Shown here one piece after another: positions 27,592 through 36,431 of a DNA stretch of 46,315 nt. A model generated the notes under the pieces. It did not search any database and was not told where the DNA came from. It worked only from the letters and a program-made list of their open reading frames with translations. The stretch is taken from positions 1 to 46,315 of IMG/VR virus record IMGVR_UViG_3300044711_000125; one strand, 5' to 3'. This DNA is from a virus (taxonomy: Duplodnaviria; Caudoviricetes). Each line of letters begins with the position of its first letter. Positions within the stretch are counted from its first letter, which is position 1. A program made the translations under genes and the position numbers.

Positions 27592-27665
27592 GCTCCTGGG
27601 AATAGCGGATAGCGGATAGCGGATGGCAGAGGAAGAGGAAGAGGCGGAGGAAGAGGCAGAATGAG

Positions 27666-27920
27666 ATGGGGAGTATTGGGGCGATATTTCGGTTTTTGGC
27701 GGAGGCGGTAGGGCTGGCGAGCTGGTGGGCGAAACGGCGCGCGGCAAAGGCGGATGATCCGGTGGAGCAAAACAGGACGGCGTATGAGCAGATCGATGAG
27801 GATATCGCGATGCGGGATTCGATGCGCGCTACTGGTCATGCTGATACTGAGCTGTCTGAGCTGGAACGGTTGCGTAAGGCTAGGGCCGCGCGTGCAGGTG
27901 ATCAGCAGCGACCAGGTTGA
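27666..27920 (+). CDS. i-spanin-like protein
   Basis: N-terminal hydrophobic anchor and helical body; overlaps a lipoprotein ORF in another frame. Confidence 0.55.
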   Translation: MGSIGAIFRFLAEAVGLASWWAKRRAAKADDPVEQNRTAYEQIDEDIAMRDSMRATGHADTELSELERLRKARAARAGDQQRPG

Positions 27921-28047
27921 GACGTTCGTGAAGGGTGGACAGAATTTTGCGGCGCCGTGCGATGGGGTGTTTATGCCGGAGGCGAGGTATCAGCGGTACC
28001 GGCGGGCGGTGGCGGATGGGATTTTGGAGGAGAGAGGGACGAGGTGA
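27796..28047 (+). CDS. o-spanin-like lipoprotein
   Basis: ALLVMLILSCLSWNG-C; overlapped Rz/Rz1-type arrangement; start uncertain. Confidence 0.55.
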   Translation: MRISRCGIRCALLVMLILSCLSWNGCVRLGPRVQVISSDQVETFVKGGQNFAAPCDGVFMPEARYQRYRRAVADGILEERGTR

Positions 28048-28087
28048 GAGGGGCGAGGTGAGAAGTGCGAGGTGAGAGGATTTGGAG

Positions 28088-28116
28088 GCTGCGGCTGGTC
28101 TCGGCGACACAGCCGC
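28088..28116 (+). repeat. 29-bp hairpin element, copy 8
   Basis: Exact copy. Confidence 0.95.
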
Positions 28117-28150
28117 GGTCCGGAAGAGGTTCGGAGGAAGGCGCGGATGA

Positions 28151-28534
28151 ATGAATGTCCTGAGCGATTTGCTGACACAGCGAAACGAGGCGCGACGGAA
28201 GCTGGCGGAGATCGAGGCGGAACTGGAGGCGTGCTGCACGGCGTTGATGATTCGAGCGCAGCGGGCGCAGGAGAAGACGGTGGATACGGACGGGTTGCCG
28301 GCGCGGGTGAGGAAGTATCTCGGGGAGACGGCGAGCGCTGAGGGGCCGGGAAGTTTGACGCCGCTGCAGTGGGGCGTGCGGCTGGGTGTGCAGGTGCTGG
28401 AGGCGGCGGGATGGAAGAACGATGGGAAGTCGTTCACGGAACGGATCGGGCGGGATGAATTTTTGGCGCGGGCGTCGCTGGGGACGGTGAGCGATCGGGA
28501 GAAGCTGGAGAAGCTGTTGAGAGGGGAGAGGTAG
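28151..28534 (+). CDS. Hypothetical protein (127 aa)
   Basis: Coiled-coil N-terminus; late-arm codon bias. Confidence 0.7.
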   Translation: MNVLSDLLTQRNEARRKLAEIEAELEACCTALMIRAQRAQEKTVDTDGLPARVRKYLGETASAEGPGSLTPLQWGVRLGVQVLEAAGWKNDGKSFTERIGRDEFLARASLGTVSDREKLEKLLRGER

Positions 28535-28558
28535 GAGGGGCGAGGGACGAATACAGAG

Positions 28559-28587
28559 GCTGCGGCTGGTCTCGGCGACACAGCCGC
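28559..28587 (+). repeat. 29-bp hairpin element, copy 9
   Basis: Exact copy. Confidence 0.95.
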
Positions 28588-28648
28588 GGTCCGGGGACGA
28601 GGGAAACGGAAGAGGAAGAGGAAGAGGCAGAGGAGGAGGAAAAAGAGT

Positions 28649-29176
28649 ATGGGGTTGTTACAGAATGTTTATCAGTTTGCGAAGCATGCGAGTTTTGCGC
28701 CGGATGCGGACGGTTCGGGGAGGAACACGCTGCCGACGTCGGATCAGTTGATCGATATCGGATTGATCGAGGGGTTCGAGCACGATTGGAGCAAGGGGCA
28801 GGACCTGGAGATTTGGCGGCCGTCGCCCGGGCACCTGGAGTTGTACGAGAGCCGGGAGATCAAGAATTCGCTGACGATGAAGTGGACCGGTGGCGAATTG
28901 GGCCCGCTGGCGATCCAGACGTTTTACCGGGCAAAGGAAGACACGAGCGGAACGGGTGTGGTGCAGTTCACGCCGGGGAGCTCGCAGTTGAAGAAGGGGT
29001 GGCTTTTCATCGAATTGTGGGACGCGGACACGGACACGTTGATGATCACGCTGTTTCTGTACGGGCGAATCAAGATCGCCGGCGGCTGGAAGTCGGAGGA
29101 GACAAGCATCGTGAAGCCGATGTGGGAATTCCTGAAGTTGTACAGCGCGCTGAGCAATGCGCAGTTGCTGGGGTAG
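28649..29176 (+). CDS. Putative tail tube protein
   Basis: 175 aa, beta-rich, upstream of the chaperone and tape measure genes. Confidence 0.65.
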   Translation: MGLLQNVYQFAKHASFAPDADGSGRNTLPTSDQLIDIGLIEGFEHDWSKGQDLEIWRPSPGHLELYESREIKNSLTMKWTGGELGPLAIQTFYRAKEDTSGTGVVQFTPGSSQLKKGWLFIELWDADTDTLMITLFLYGRIKIAGGWKSEETSIVKPMWEFLKLYSALSNAQLLG

Positions 29177-29328
29177 GCGAGGGGAGAGGTGAGAGGGGCG
29201 AGGGACGAAGTAGTTGATGGTCGATGGTTGATAGTTGATAGCCAAAAAGCGGAAACGAGGACGAAGACGGAGAGGCAGAGGAAGAGGCAGAGGAAGAGGC
29301 AGAAAAACAAAAAAGGAGAAGAGGGAAT

Positions 29329-29736
29329 ATGGCAGGGACAGCATTACTGAAGCACACGTGGAAGACGACGATCACGAATGATACCGGGGCGGCGACGCTG
29401 GGGGATTCGGTGGTGATCGTGGGGAGCAACGAGTTTAACGAAAAGATCACGGTGCCGGCGGGTGGCACGGCGGAGATCGATTGCGGCAGCCTGGCGTATG
29501 CCAAGATGAAGTCGCTTTTCCTGGTGATGGATCAGCCGGGCGAGATCAACACCAATGCCGCGGACGCGACTGGCGGCCAGACAATTGCGCTGGAGGCGAA
29601 CAAAGCGGTGGCCTGGAACAGCGGGATGCCGATGGCGAATCCGATCACGGCGAATATCACGAAGATTTTCGTGACGAACTCGAGCAGCAAGGACGCGACG
29701 TTCCGGGCCGGGTTTCTGTTGGATCTGTTGGTCTAG
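29329..29736 (+). CDS. Putative structural beta-rich protein
   Basis: T/A/N/G-rich, in the tail module. Confidence 0.7.
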   Translation: MAGTALLKHTWKTTITNDTGAATLGDSVVIVGSNEFNEKITVPAGGTAEIDCGSLAYAKMKSLFLVMDQPGEINTNAADATGGQTIALEANKAVAWNSGMPMANPITANITKIFVTNSSSKDATFRAGFLLDLLV

Positions 29737-29912
29737 CCAACATTGGCCGCTTCTTCCGCTTAGGGCGGAGGAAGTGTGCCCGGTCGTCGAGGGGAGAGGG
29801 GCCGGCGAGGTGAGAGGGAAGAGGTGCGAGGTGCGAGGAGCGAGCCGATCGCAAATGGCAAATAGCAGATAGCAAAAGGCAGAGGCGGAGGCAGAGATGG
29901 GAAAGGATACAC

Positions 29913-30419
29913 GTGGAACCATTGACGACGGTGTTGGGCGGGGTTGAGATCAGCCTGGTGAGCGGGACCCGGGTGCGGATCCGGCAGTTGCCGATACGGT
30001 TGCTGCCGCGGTTGGCGGCGTTGATGGCGGCGGATGATGAGCCGGGGATGGTCGAACTTTACTGCCAGGTCGAAGCTCCAAGCTCCAACATCCAACCTCC
30101 AGAGAAGCTCCCAAGCTCCAATGGGAAATGGGTGGACGTTGGGGCGGGGTGGAGTGATGGGTTGGGTCCGGAGGAGTTTACGGCGATCATCACGAAGGGT
30201 GAGGAGATCAATGAGGATTTTTTCGGGCAATGGCAGAAGCGGCGAGAGCGTCGGCAAGCGCTGCTGCCAAAACCGGACATGGAGCAGGTGGCAAAGATGG
30301 TCGAGGCAATAAATCGAAGCAATCCGTCGCTGCTGGAAAGCCTGGTTCAAAAAGGAGCGGGCCTGGTGGCGCCGGCGGCGGCGGCGGGCGCGGGCTTGGG
30401 GAGTTCGTCGCGGAAGTAG
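29913..30419 (+). CDS. Putative tail assembly chaperone (gpG-like)
   Basis: VRIRQLPIR...; position; overlapped by a -1 frame ORF. Confidence 0.65.
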   Translation: MEPLTTVLGGVEISLVSGTRVRIRQLPIRLLPRLAALMAADDEPGMVELYCQVEAPSSNIQPPEKLPSSNGKWVDVGAGWSDGLGPEEFTAIITKGEEINEDFFGQWQKRRERRQALLPKPDMEQVAKMVEAINRSNPSLLESLVQKGAGLVAPAAAAGAGLGSSSRK

Positions 30420-30625
30420 CGATCGTGTGCGGGATGAGGCTGGATGAGGCGTGTGAGTGTTCGCTGGGGCAGCTCCGGTTGCTGGCGGAGGCGCATGGGA
30501 GGTTGGTGGCGCGCCAGGGCCTGGTGGATCTGCAGGGGACGATGGCGGCGGTGGCGGCATGCTGGAGCAAGGATGGCGGGAGGTTTTGTGAGAAAGTCCG
30601 CGCGGAACTGATGAAGAAGATTTGA
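30395..30625 (+). CDS. Putative gpT-like chaperone extension (-1 frame)
   Basis: EVAIVCGMRLDEACECSLGQLRLL... overlaps the end of the chaperone gene; start or shift site not resolved. Confidence 0.5.
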   Translation, partial: LGEFVAEVAIVCGMRLDEACECSLGQLRLLAEAHGRLVARQGLVDLQGTMAAVAACWSKDGGRFCEKVRAELMKKI

Positions 30626-30640
30626 CACGAATTCACACGA

Positions 30641-31213
30641 ATGGACACGAATTTAACAGGAGGAAACAGAGGGAACAGAGAGGGACTTCTCCGTTGTCTC
30701 TGTTTGCTCATGTTGATTTCCGTGCTGCCGGCTTCGGGGGCGACGGTGAGGGGGAGGCTTGTTGATGGGCTTGGGAATCCGACGAGTCCGGTGCTGATTT
30801 TTAAGCCGGATGCGATTAGCGCGGATGGGACGAATACGATCGTTGATGTGGAGCGGAAGGTGACGCCGACGAATGGGGTGTTTTCGCTGACGTTGCAGGG
30901 CGGGAGCTACACGGTGACTTTTGGGAATTCGGCGAGGACCATTAGCCTGCAGGTGCCGCTGGGGGATACGAATGTTTATGAGATGAATTCTTTGGGGGGG
31001 ACGAACCTGCAGACTTTTACGTACACGAATTTTTTGGGGCAGATAGCGTGGCGGGTGCGGGTTGGAGATGGGCTGGCGGTGGTGACGAATGTGGCGGGCG
31101 GGGCTTTTGAGCGGGTGACGATCACGCCGGCGGGGGTGACGACGAATGTGGTGGTGAGCGGGGTGGGGACGCTTTTGATAACGAATGGGGTGGTGATGGG
31201 GATTGGGCCGTAG
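30641..31213 (+). CDS. Signal-peptide-bearing, Thr-Asn-rich tail-associated protein
   Basis: LLRCLCLLMLISVLPASG|A followed by a beta-sandwich-like region (VRGRLVDGLGNP...GGSYTV). Confidence 0.7.
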   Translation: MDTNLTGGNRGNREGLLRCLCLLMLISVLPASGATVRGRLVDGLGNPTSPVLIFKPDAISADGTNTIVDVERKVTPTNGVFSLTLQGGSYTVTFGNSARTISLQVPLGDTNVYEMNSLGGTNLQTFTYTNFLGQIAWRVRVGDGLAVVTNVAGGAFERVTITPAGVTTNVVVSGVGTLLITNGVVMGIGP

Positions 31214-31392
31214 GAAAGGGCTGGGGGCTGAGACCTGAAACCTGAAGAGGCACGGAGGCACGGAGAAGAAGAGTTTAACCGCAGAGAACGCAAAGAACGC
31301 AGAGAAGGAACGAAGAGGATTTTGAACAGGAGCAAACGGAGAGAACCCAGAGAAGAGGAAGAGGCAGAGGAGGAGGCAGAGGAGGAATTTTT

Positions 31393-31680
31393 ATGAAGTA
31401 TAAGCAGACGGCGGATTTGAATACGCATGGGACGCCGGGGACGGTGACGGCGATGGTGGCGGCGACTACGCCGACACGGAAGGCGATTTTTTTTGCGGAT
31501 GAAAATAATTCGGCCGGAATTCGGATCGGGCCGACGAATGTGGCGACGGCGTATCTGGTGGCGGCGGGACAGTGGTACGTGATCGAGGGCCAGGCCGGGA
31601 GGCAGGATGTGCTGGATTTGGCGGATTGGAGCGTGAAGAGCGCGATGGCTAGCGCGGTTTACAGGATTGTGTATCTGTGA
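31393..31680 (+). CDS. Small structural-type protein (95 aa)
   Basis: GGAGG upstream; ADENNSAGIRIG motif. Confidence 0.7.
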   Translation: MKYKQTADLNTHGTPGTVTAMVAATTPTRKAIFFADENNSAGIRIGPTNVATAYLVAAGQWYVIEGQAGRQDVLDLADWSVKSAMASAVYRIVYL

Positions 31681-31800
31681 AGGGCTGAGGGTTGAAACCT
31701 GAAAGCTGAAATTCGTAGGAAGGGATTAACCGCAGAGAACGCAGAGAGGGAATTTTAACCACAGAGGCACAGAGGCACAGAGGCACGGAGAAAGCAGGGC

Positions 31801-33600
31801 ATGAAGATTTGGATTTTGATGGTGGCGGGGTTGCTGATTGGCGTCGGGGTGGTGAGGGGACAGCCGGGGCCGAGCCCGGGCGGGGGCGGGGTGACGAGTT
31901 TTAATACGCGGTCGGGGGCGGTGACGTTTCAGACGGGGGATCTGCCGGCGGCGCTGCAGGCGCTGAGGACGAATAATGCGACCGCACTGACAAATTTTGC
32001 GGGCGGGACCATCCAGAGCACAAATGGGAATGGACGGGCGGTGCTGACCATCGGTAACCAGAGCACGACCACCACCGGAATTCTCAAGCTGTATGATGGT
32101 GCGAACGATAAGCAGCAGTCTATCACGGCGGCTGACGCTGAAATGGATTTTGCCACCGGGATTACCGGCGGCGGCAATTACTACTTTGATTTGGGAGCCG
32201 GCGTGCTGAACGGAAATGGTTCAGGAGTTACGAACCTCAACGCCTCGTCACTGGGGAGCGGGACGGTGCCTATTAACAGGCTGCCTCCTAACTCGGTTAC
32301 GAATCTCAATTGGAACAATACCGGACTGGTTTTTGAAGGGGACTCGCTGACATCAAGCGGAAACTGGCCGAGCATTTTCACGAACTATTTGATCAGCCTG
32401 GGATACACAATTCCATCCGCCACAAATGCCGCGGTATCTGGAACCGGAATAACTGACGCCATTGGCAGATTCACCAATAGCGTTCTGCCTAGAAAATTGG
32501 GGGCTGGGACCAACAACCTCGTTTCACTCCTGATAGGTGCAAACGACATCGCGACGATGGACGGCCCGACGTTTTACTCGAATGCGCTTTACTATGTGAC
32601 GAATTGCGCGCGGCCGAATGGCTTCAAAGTGGCGATGTGGGCGATAACACCTCACTCCAATTTTGGTTTGAGCTCCTCGAACAGAATCTGCGCCAATTAC
32701 CTGCTGAGCCTGGACACGAATCTGGATTACTTCATTGATTCGAGCCGGCTGCTGCCCAACACGTCGGACACGACGCTGTACTCCGACCAGATCCACCAGA
32801 CCGTGCCAAAAGGGGTGAACGTTCTGGCGTTCGCCTTCTACGCGGCGATGAGCAAACCGCCCAAGTCGTGGATGGGTTGGAACTCGATGTCCCAGCCATG
32901 GCAGATCCAGGACGGTCTAATTACGCTCAGGACTGAGTACGGGCAGATACTTGAAACGGTGGACGGGAGCGGAAACGTGACGAACATCGCAAACATCCAG
33001 GCGACGACAGCCAATATAACAGGAGCGGCCACGGCTCAGAGCCTTCTGGCCACAAATACGGACGCGGCAAACCACGGAGTGAATATCAATCTGGCGCAGA
33101 AGGGATGGGTGCAGGCGGATCTTGGATTTGCGTTCTGGGGAAACAACATAGAGTCGTACGATAGTTACGCTCACATGGCGGCCAGGACGGTGAGCGGAAG
33201 GAATATGGGACTCGATAGCGGAGGATTAAGGCTTGGACACGACGCATCTGTAGGCCTTGGATTTTCTGACAACAACGGCGGCGGCGGCGACGTTTATCAA
33301 TCGTTAAACACCAAAATACTCCCAGGTGTTTCAGGAACCTTAATCTTTCATACTAATGGTATTTTCAAGTCGAATGTCACGGCAACCAACGGTCTTACCT
33401 TGCCGCAGATCAACTGGATTCCTACGAACAGCATCCCCGCGAGCAGCACCGGAGTCACTAATTGGGTTCTCTGCAATTTGACGAACAACCTCAGCGGAAC
33501 AGCTATAAGCGGGGGACCGACTTATGTGGCCACCAATATCGCGGCCGCCGGCTCATTCCTGCTGGCCAGGCCGACGTACACCCTGACAACGTTCCCATGA
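31801..33600 (+). CDS. Tail fibre/spike-like protein with signal peptide and SGNH/GDSL esterase domain
   Basis: VTSFNTRSGAV and NGNGSGVTNLNAS fibre motifs; SGNH blocks FEGDSLT, NAAVSG, IGAND and DQIH. Confidence 0.8.
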   Translation: MKIWILMVAGLLIGVGVVRGQPGPSPGGGGVTSFNTRSGAVTFQTGDLPAALQALRTNNATALTNFAGGTIQSTNGNGRAVLTIGNQSTTTTGILKLYDGANDKQQSITAADAEMDFATGITGGGNYYFDLGAGVLNGNGSGVTNLNASSLGSGTVPINRLPPNSVTNLNWNNTGLVFEGDSLTSSGNWPSIFTNYLISLGYTIPSATNAAVSGTGITDAIGRFTNSVLPRKLGAGTNNLVSLLIGANDIATMDGPTFYSNALYYVTNCARPNGFKVAMWAITPHSNFGLSSSNRICANYLLSLDTNLDYFIDSSRLLPNTSDTTLYSDQIHQTVPKGVNVLAFAFYAAMSKPPKSWMGWNSMSQPWQIQDGLITLRTEYGQILETVDGSGNVTNIANIQATTANITGAATAQSLLATNTDAANHGVNINLAQKGWVQADLGFAFWGNNIESYDSYAHMAARTVSGRNMGLDSGGLRLGHDASVGLGFSDNNGGGGDVYQSLNTKILPGVSGTLIFHTNGIFKSNVTATNGLTLPQINWIPTNSIPASSTGVTNWVLCNLTNNLSGTAISGGPTYVATNIAAAGSFLLARPTYTLTTFP

Positions 33601-33681
33601 CTCTTCGGCGAGGCGAGAATAGCGGATATCGGATAGCGGATAGAAAAGGGAAGAGGCAGAGGAAGAGACAGAGGCAGATAG

Positions 33682-33750
33682 ATGGCTGAGGGGACGACAT
33701 TTATCCTCCTTCGTCAAAAGCACTACGGAGGACAGGCAAGGAGTAATTAA
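33682..33750 (+). other. 22-codon mini-ORF duplicating the tape-measure N-terminus
   Basis: MAEGTTFILLRQKHYGGQARSN* directly precedes the in-frame GTG of MAEGTTFTIK. Confidence 0.6.
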
Positions 33751-36276
33751 GTGGCAGAAGGTACAACATTCACGATCAAGCTGGATGCGGATCCTAGCCA
33801 GGCGCTGCTGAAGATTTCCGGGTTTGTACAGCAGTTCCAGGGGATCATTGGGGCGCTGGTGCCGGCTGCCGGCGGGTTGTTGTCGGTCGGTGGATTCGCG
33901 GCGTTGGGGGAGCAATTCCTGGAGCTGGCGGAGCGGATGGGGAAGTTGTCGGAGAAGACCGGGCTTTCGGTGGAGCAGGTGGCGGGGCTGGCGTATGCGG
34001 CGGAGCGGTCGAATGTTTCGGTTGAGAGTCTGACGCGGGGGCTGAAGACGTTTTCGGAGTGGCTGATTAAGTCGGGCCAGGGCGGGAAGGATTTGAGGAC
34101 GGCGTTGCTGGAGCAGGCGGCGCTTTTTGAAAAGATACCGAATGGAGCGGCGAAGGCGACGCGGGCGGTGGAACTTTTTGGAAGGGCCGGGTTGGATTTT
34201 ATTCCGCTGCTGAACCTGGGGCCGGGCGAGCTGAGCAAGAAGTTTGAGCGGGGGGAGATCTTGTCGGGTGTGACGGCCGGGGCGTCGGTGACGGCGGAGC
34301 AGTTTCATACGGCGGTGAAAGACCTGAAGCTGGCGTCGGAGAGCCTTGCGGGGACGATGCTGCTGAATTTGTTGCCGGCGCTGACGAAGGTGATCGGGAA
34401 GATGATTGATGGGATCGTCGCGTTTCGGGATTGGAGCAAGCAGAGCGAGGCGTTTCGGGTTGGGATTGAGGCGGCCGGGATCGCGCTGGCGTCGTTTGCG
34501 GCGATTAAGCTGGCGCCGGTGGTGATTGCGGGGGCGGCGCAATTTCTGCCGATGATCCTCGGACTGACTAACCTAGTGGGGCCAATTCGGTCGCTGAGGG
34601 ATTTTGCGGCTGCGCTGGAGTTCATTCCGGCGGCGATCGCGGCGATGTACGGGCCGATTGCGGCGCTGACGGTGGGCGTGGCGTCGTTGACGGCCGTGGT
34701 GCTGGCCGGGGTTGAGGCGTGGAAGATGTTCCGGAGTTTTGCGATCGAGGCGCAGTCGGCGAAGAACCTGGCGCAGCAGAATGAAGCGCTGGCGCAAAGC
34801 CTCCGCACTGAGATCGCGCTGCGGAAGGAGAATGGACAGCTTACGGCGGAGCAGGCGCAACGGCTGAGCAAGCGGGTGGACGTGGCGATGCAGTATCCGG
34901 AGCTGGCGGACCGGCTTTTGGTGCCGATGGCGCGGGAGATGACGAAGAGCAATGTGCCGGAGGCGAGGGGCAAGGAGTGGACGCCGGAGGAGCTGAAGAT
35001 TGCGAACCAGATGCTGGAGGTGGAACGGCAGAGGGCGCAGTTGGAGATCGGAAAGAACGCTCTGCCGACGATGCTGGCCGCGCGGGAGCAGTATATGCGG
35101 CGCAATATCGGCCTCGAGGAGACGCTGGGAGAGATCGCCAATGGCCGGCTGGACCGGGAGACGACGTTGCGGCTGAATTTGAACCAGCTCGAGACTGAGG
35201 AAGCGAAGATCATGCAGGAGCGGGTCAACGCCGGCGAAGCGCTCGAGCAGGGAGCGATTACGCAGAAGGAATTTGCCGATATCGATCTGAAGACGCGCAA
35301 GGAGCTGCTGACGGTGGATAAGGAGCGGTTTGCGCTTTTTGAAAAGGAACGGCACGAGCGGTTGTCGGAGATTAAGTCTGATTTCCGGATGACGGATGCG
35401 CAGAAGTTTTCGGCGGAGGCGCCGCTGTTGACGCCGGAGGAAAGAGCGAAGCGTGGGCCGGACCCGAGGAGTGTGAGCCAGAATATGATGGCGGATTTTG
35501 CGGCGCTGGGGAATCGGATGGGGACGGTGGCGCAGAATATCGCGCGGACGGTGGTGGCGCCGTTCGAGGGGCTGTATTCGGGGCTGCATAGGGGGATCGA
35601 AGGGCTCATCACGGGGACGATGCGGTGGGGGACGGCGCTGCGGACGATTAGCACTTCCATTTTCAAGAGCGTGGCGAATGCGTTTGCGCAGATGGTGTCC
35701 GGGATGATCACGAACATGGTGATGTTTATCGCGAAGTGGATTTGGCAGCACACGGTGATGCTGCTGATTCATACGTTGACGGAAACCGGGATGACGTCGG
35801 TGACGAGGATCAACTCGGCGGAGCGCGGCGCGGCAAACGTGAAGGAGGGATTGCAGACGTTGTGGAAGGCGGCGACAAAGGCGGCGGATGCGGTGGCGGA
35901 CGTTCCTTATGTGGGGCCGATTTTGGCGGTGGCGGCGTTTGCGGCGATCATGGCGATGGGCCTTGCGGCTATGGCATTTGCGGAGGGCGGACGTCCACCG
36001 GTTGGGCAGGTGGCGCTGGTGGGTGAGCGCGGGCCGGAGTTGTTTGTGCCGGATCGGCCGGGGATGATCGTGCCGAATCATGCGATGGATGGGTTTTTGG
36101 CGTCGAGGGGCGGCTCGAGCGGCGGCGGCGGGAACGGGCCAGGCGGTGGAGGAGAGATACACCAGCATTTTGCGGTGTTGACGACGGAGAGTCAGTTGCC
36201 GAATTGGACGCGGCAGAGTCATGGCGAGCAGTGGGTGATCGATACGGTGAGGAGGAATGCGCATCGGATCCGGTGA
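33751..36276 (+). CDS. Tape measure protein
   Basis: 841 aa, Ala-rich and helical; LSEKTGLSVEQVAGLAYAA, ELFGRAG, FAEGG...VGERGPELFVP; AAGGAG upstream. Confidence 0.93.
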   Translation: MAEGTTFTIKLDADPSQALLKISGFVQQFQGIIGALVPAAGGLLSVGGFAALGEQFLELAERMGKLSEKTGLSVEQVAGLAYAAERSNVSVESLTRGLKTFSEWLIKSGQGGKDLRTALLEQAALFEKIPNGAAKATRAVELFGRAGLDFIPLLNLGPGELSKKFERGEILSGVTAGASVTAEQFHTAVKDLKLASESLAGTMLLNLLPALTKVIGKMIDGIVAFRDWSKQSEAFRVGIEAAGIALASFAAIKLAPVVIAGAAQFLPMILGLTNLVGPIRSLRDFAAALEFIPAAIAAMYGPIAALTVGVASLTAVVLAGVEAWKMFRSFAIEAQSAKNLAQQNEALAQSLRTEIALRKENGQLTAEQAQRLSKRVDVAMQYPELADRLLVPMAREMTKSNVPEARGKEWTPEELKIANQMLEVERQRAQLEIGKNALPTMLAAREQYMRRNIGLEETLGEIANGRLDRETTLRLNLNQLETEEAKIMQERVNAGEALEQGAITQKEFADIDLKTRKELLTVDKERFALFEKERHERLSEIKSDFRMTDAQKFSAEAPLLTPEERAKRGPDPRSVSQNMMADFAALGNRMGTVAQNIARTVVAPFEGLYSGLHRGIEGLITGTMRWGTALRTISTSIFKSVANAFAQMVSGMITNMVMFIAKWIWQHTVMLLIHTLTETGMTSVTRINSAERGAANVKEGLQTLWKAATKAADAVADVPYVGPILAVAAFAAIMAMGLAAMAFAEGGRPPVGQVALVGERGPELFVPDRPGMIVPNHAMDGFLASRGGSSGGGGNGPGGGGEIHQHFAVLTTESQLPNWTRQSHGEQWVIDTVRRNAHRIR

Positions 36277-36431
36277 GGTGAGAGGGGAGAAGTGCGAGGG
36301 GCGAGCGGAGTGCGTTGAATCGTTGAATCGTTAAACCGTTGAAGCGTGAAGAACGGATTAACCGCAGAGAAGATTTGAACCGCGGAATACACGGAATACG
36401 CGGAATAGGAAGAGGCGGAGGAAGAGGAAGA

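Noticed and set aside
666-28587. 29-bp hairpin as a CRISPR repeat
   Set aside because: Copies are hundreds to thousands of bases apart, not arrayed with 30-40 bp spacers.
30340-30420. Defined -1 slippery site for the tail chaperone
   Set aside because: The overlap fits a G/GT arrangement, but no canonical X XXY YYZ heptamer in the right frame was found (only T CAA AAA).
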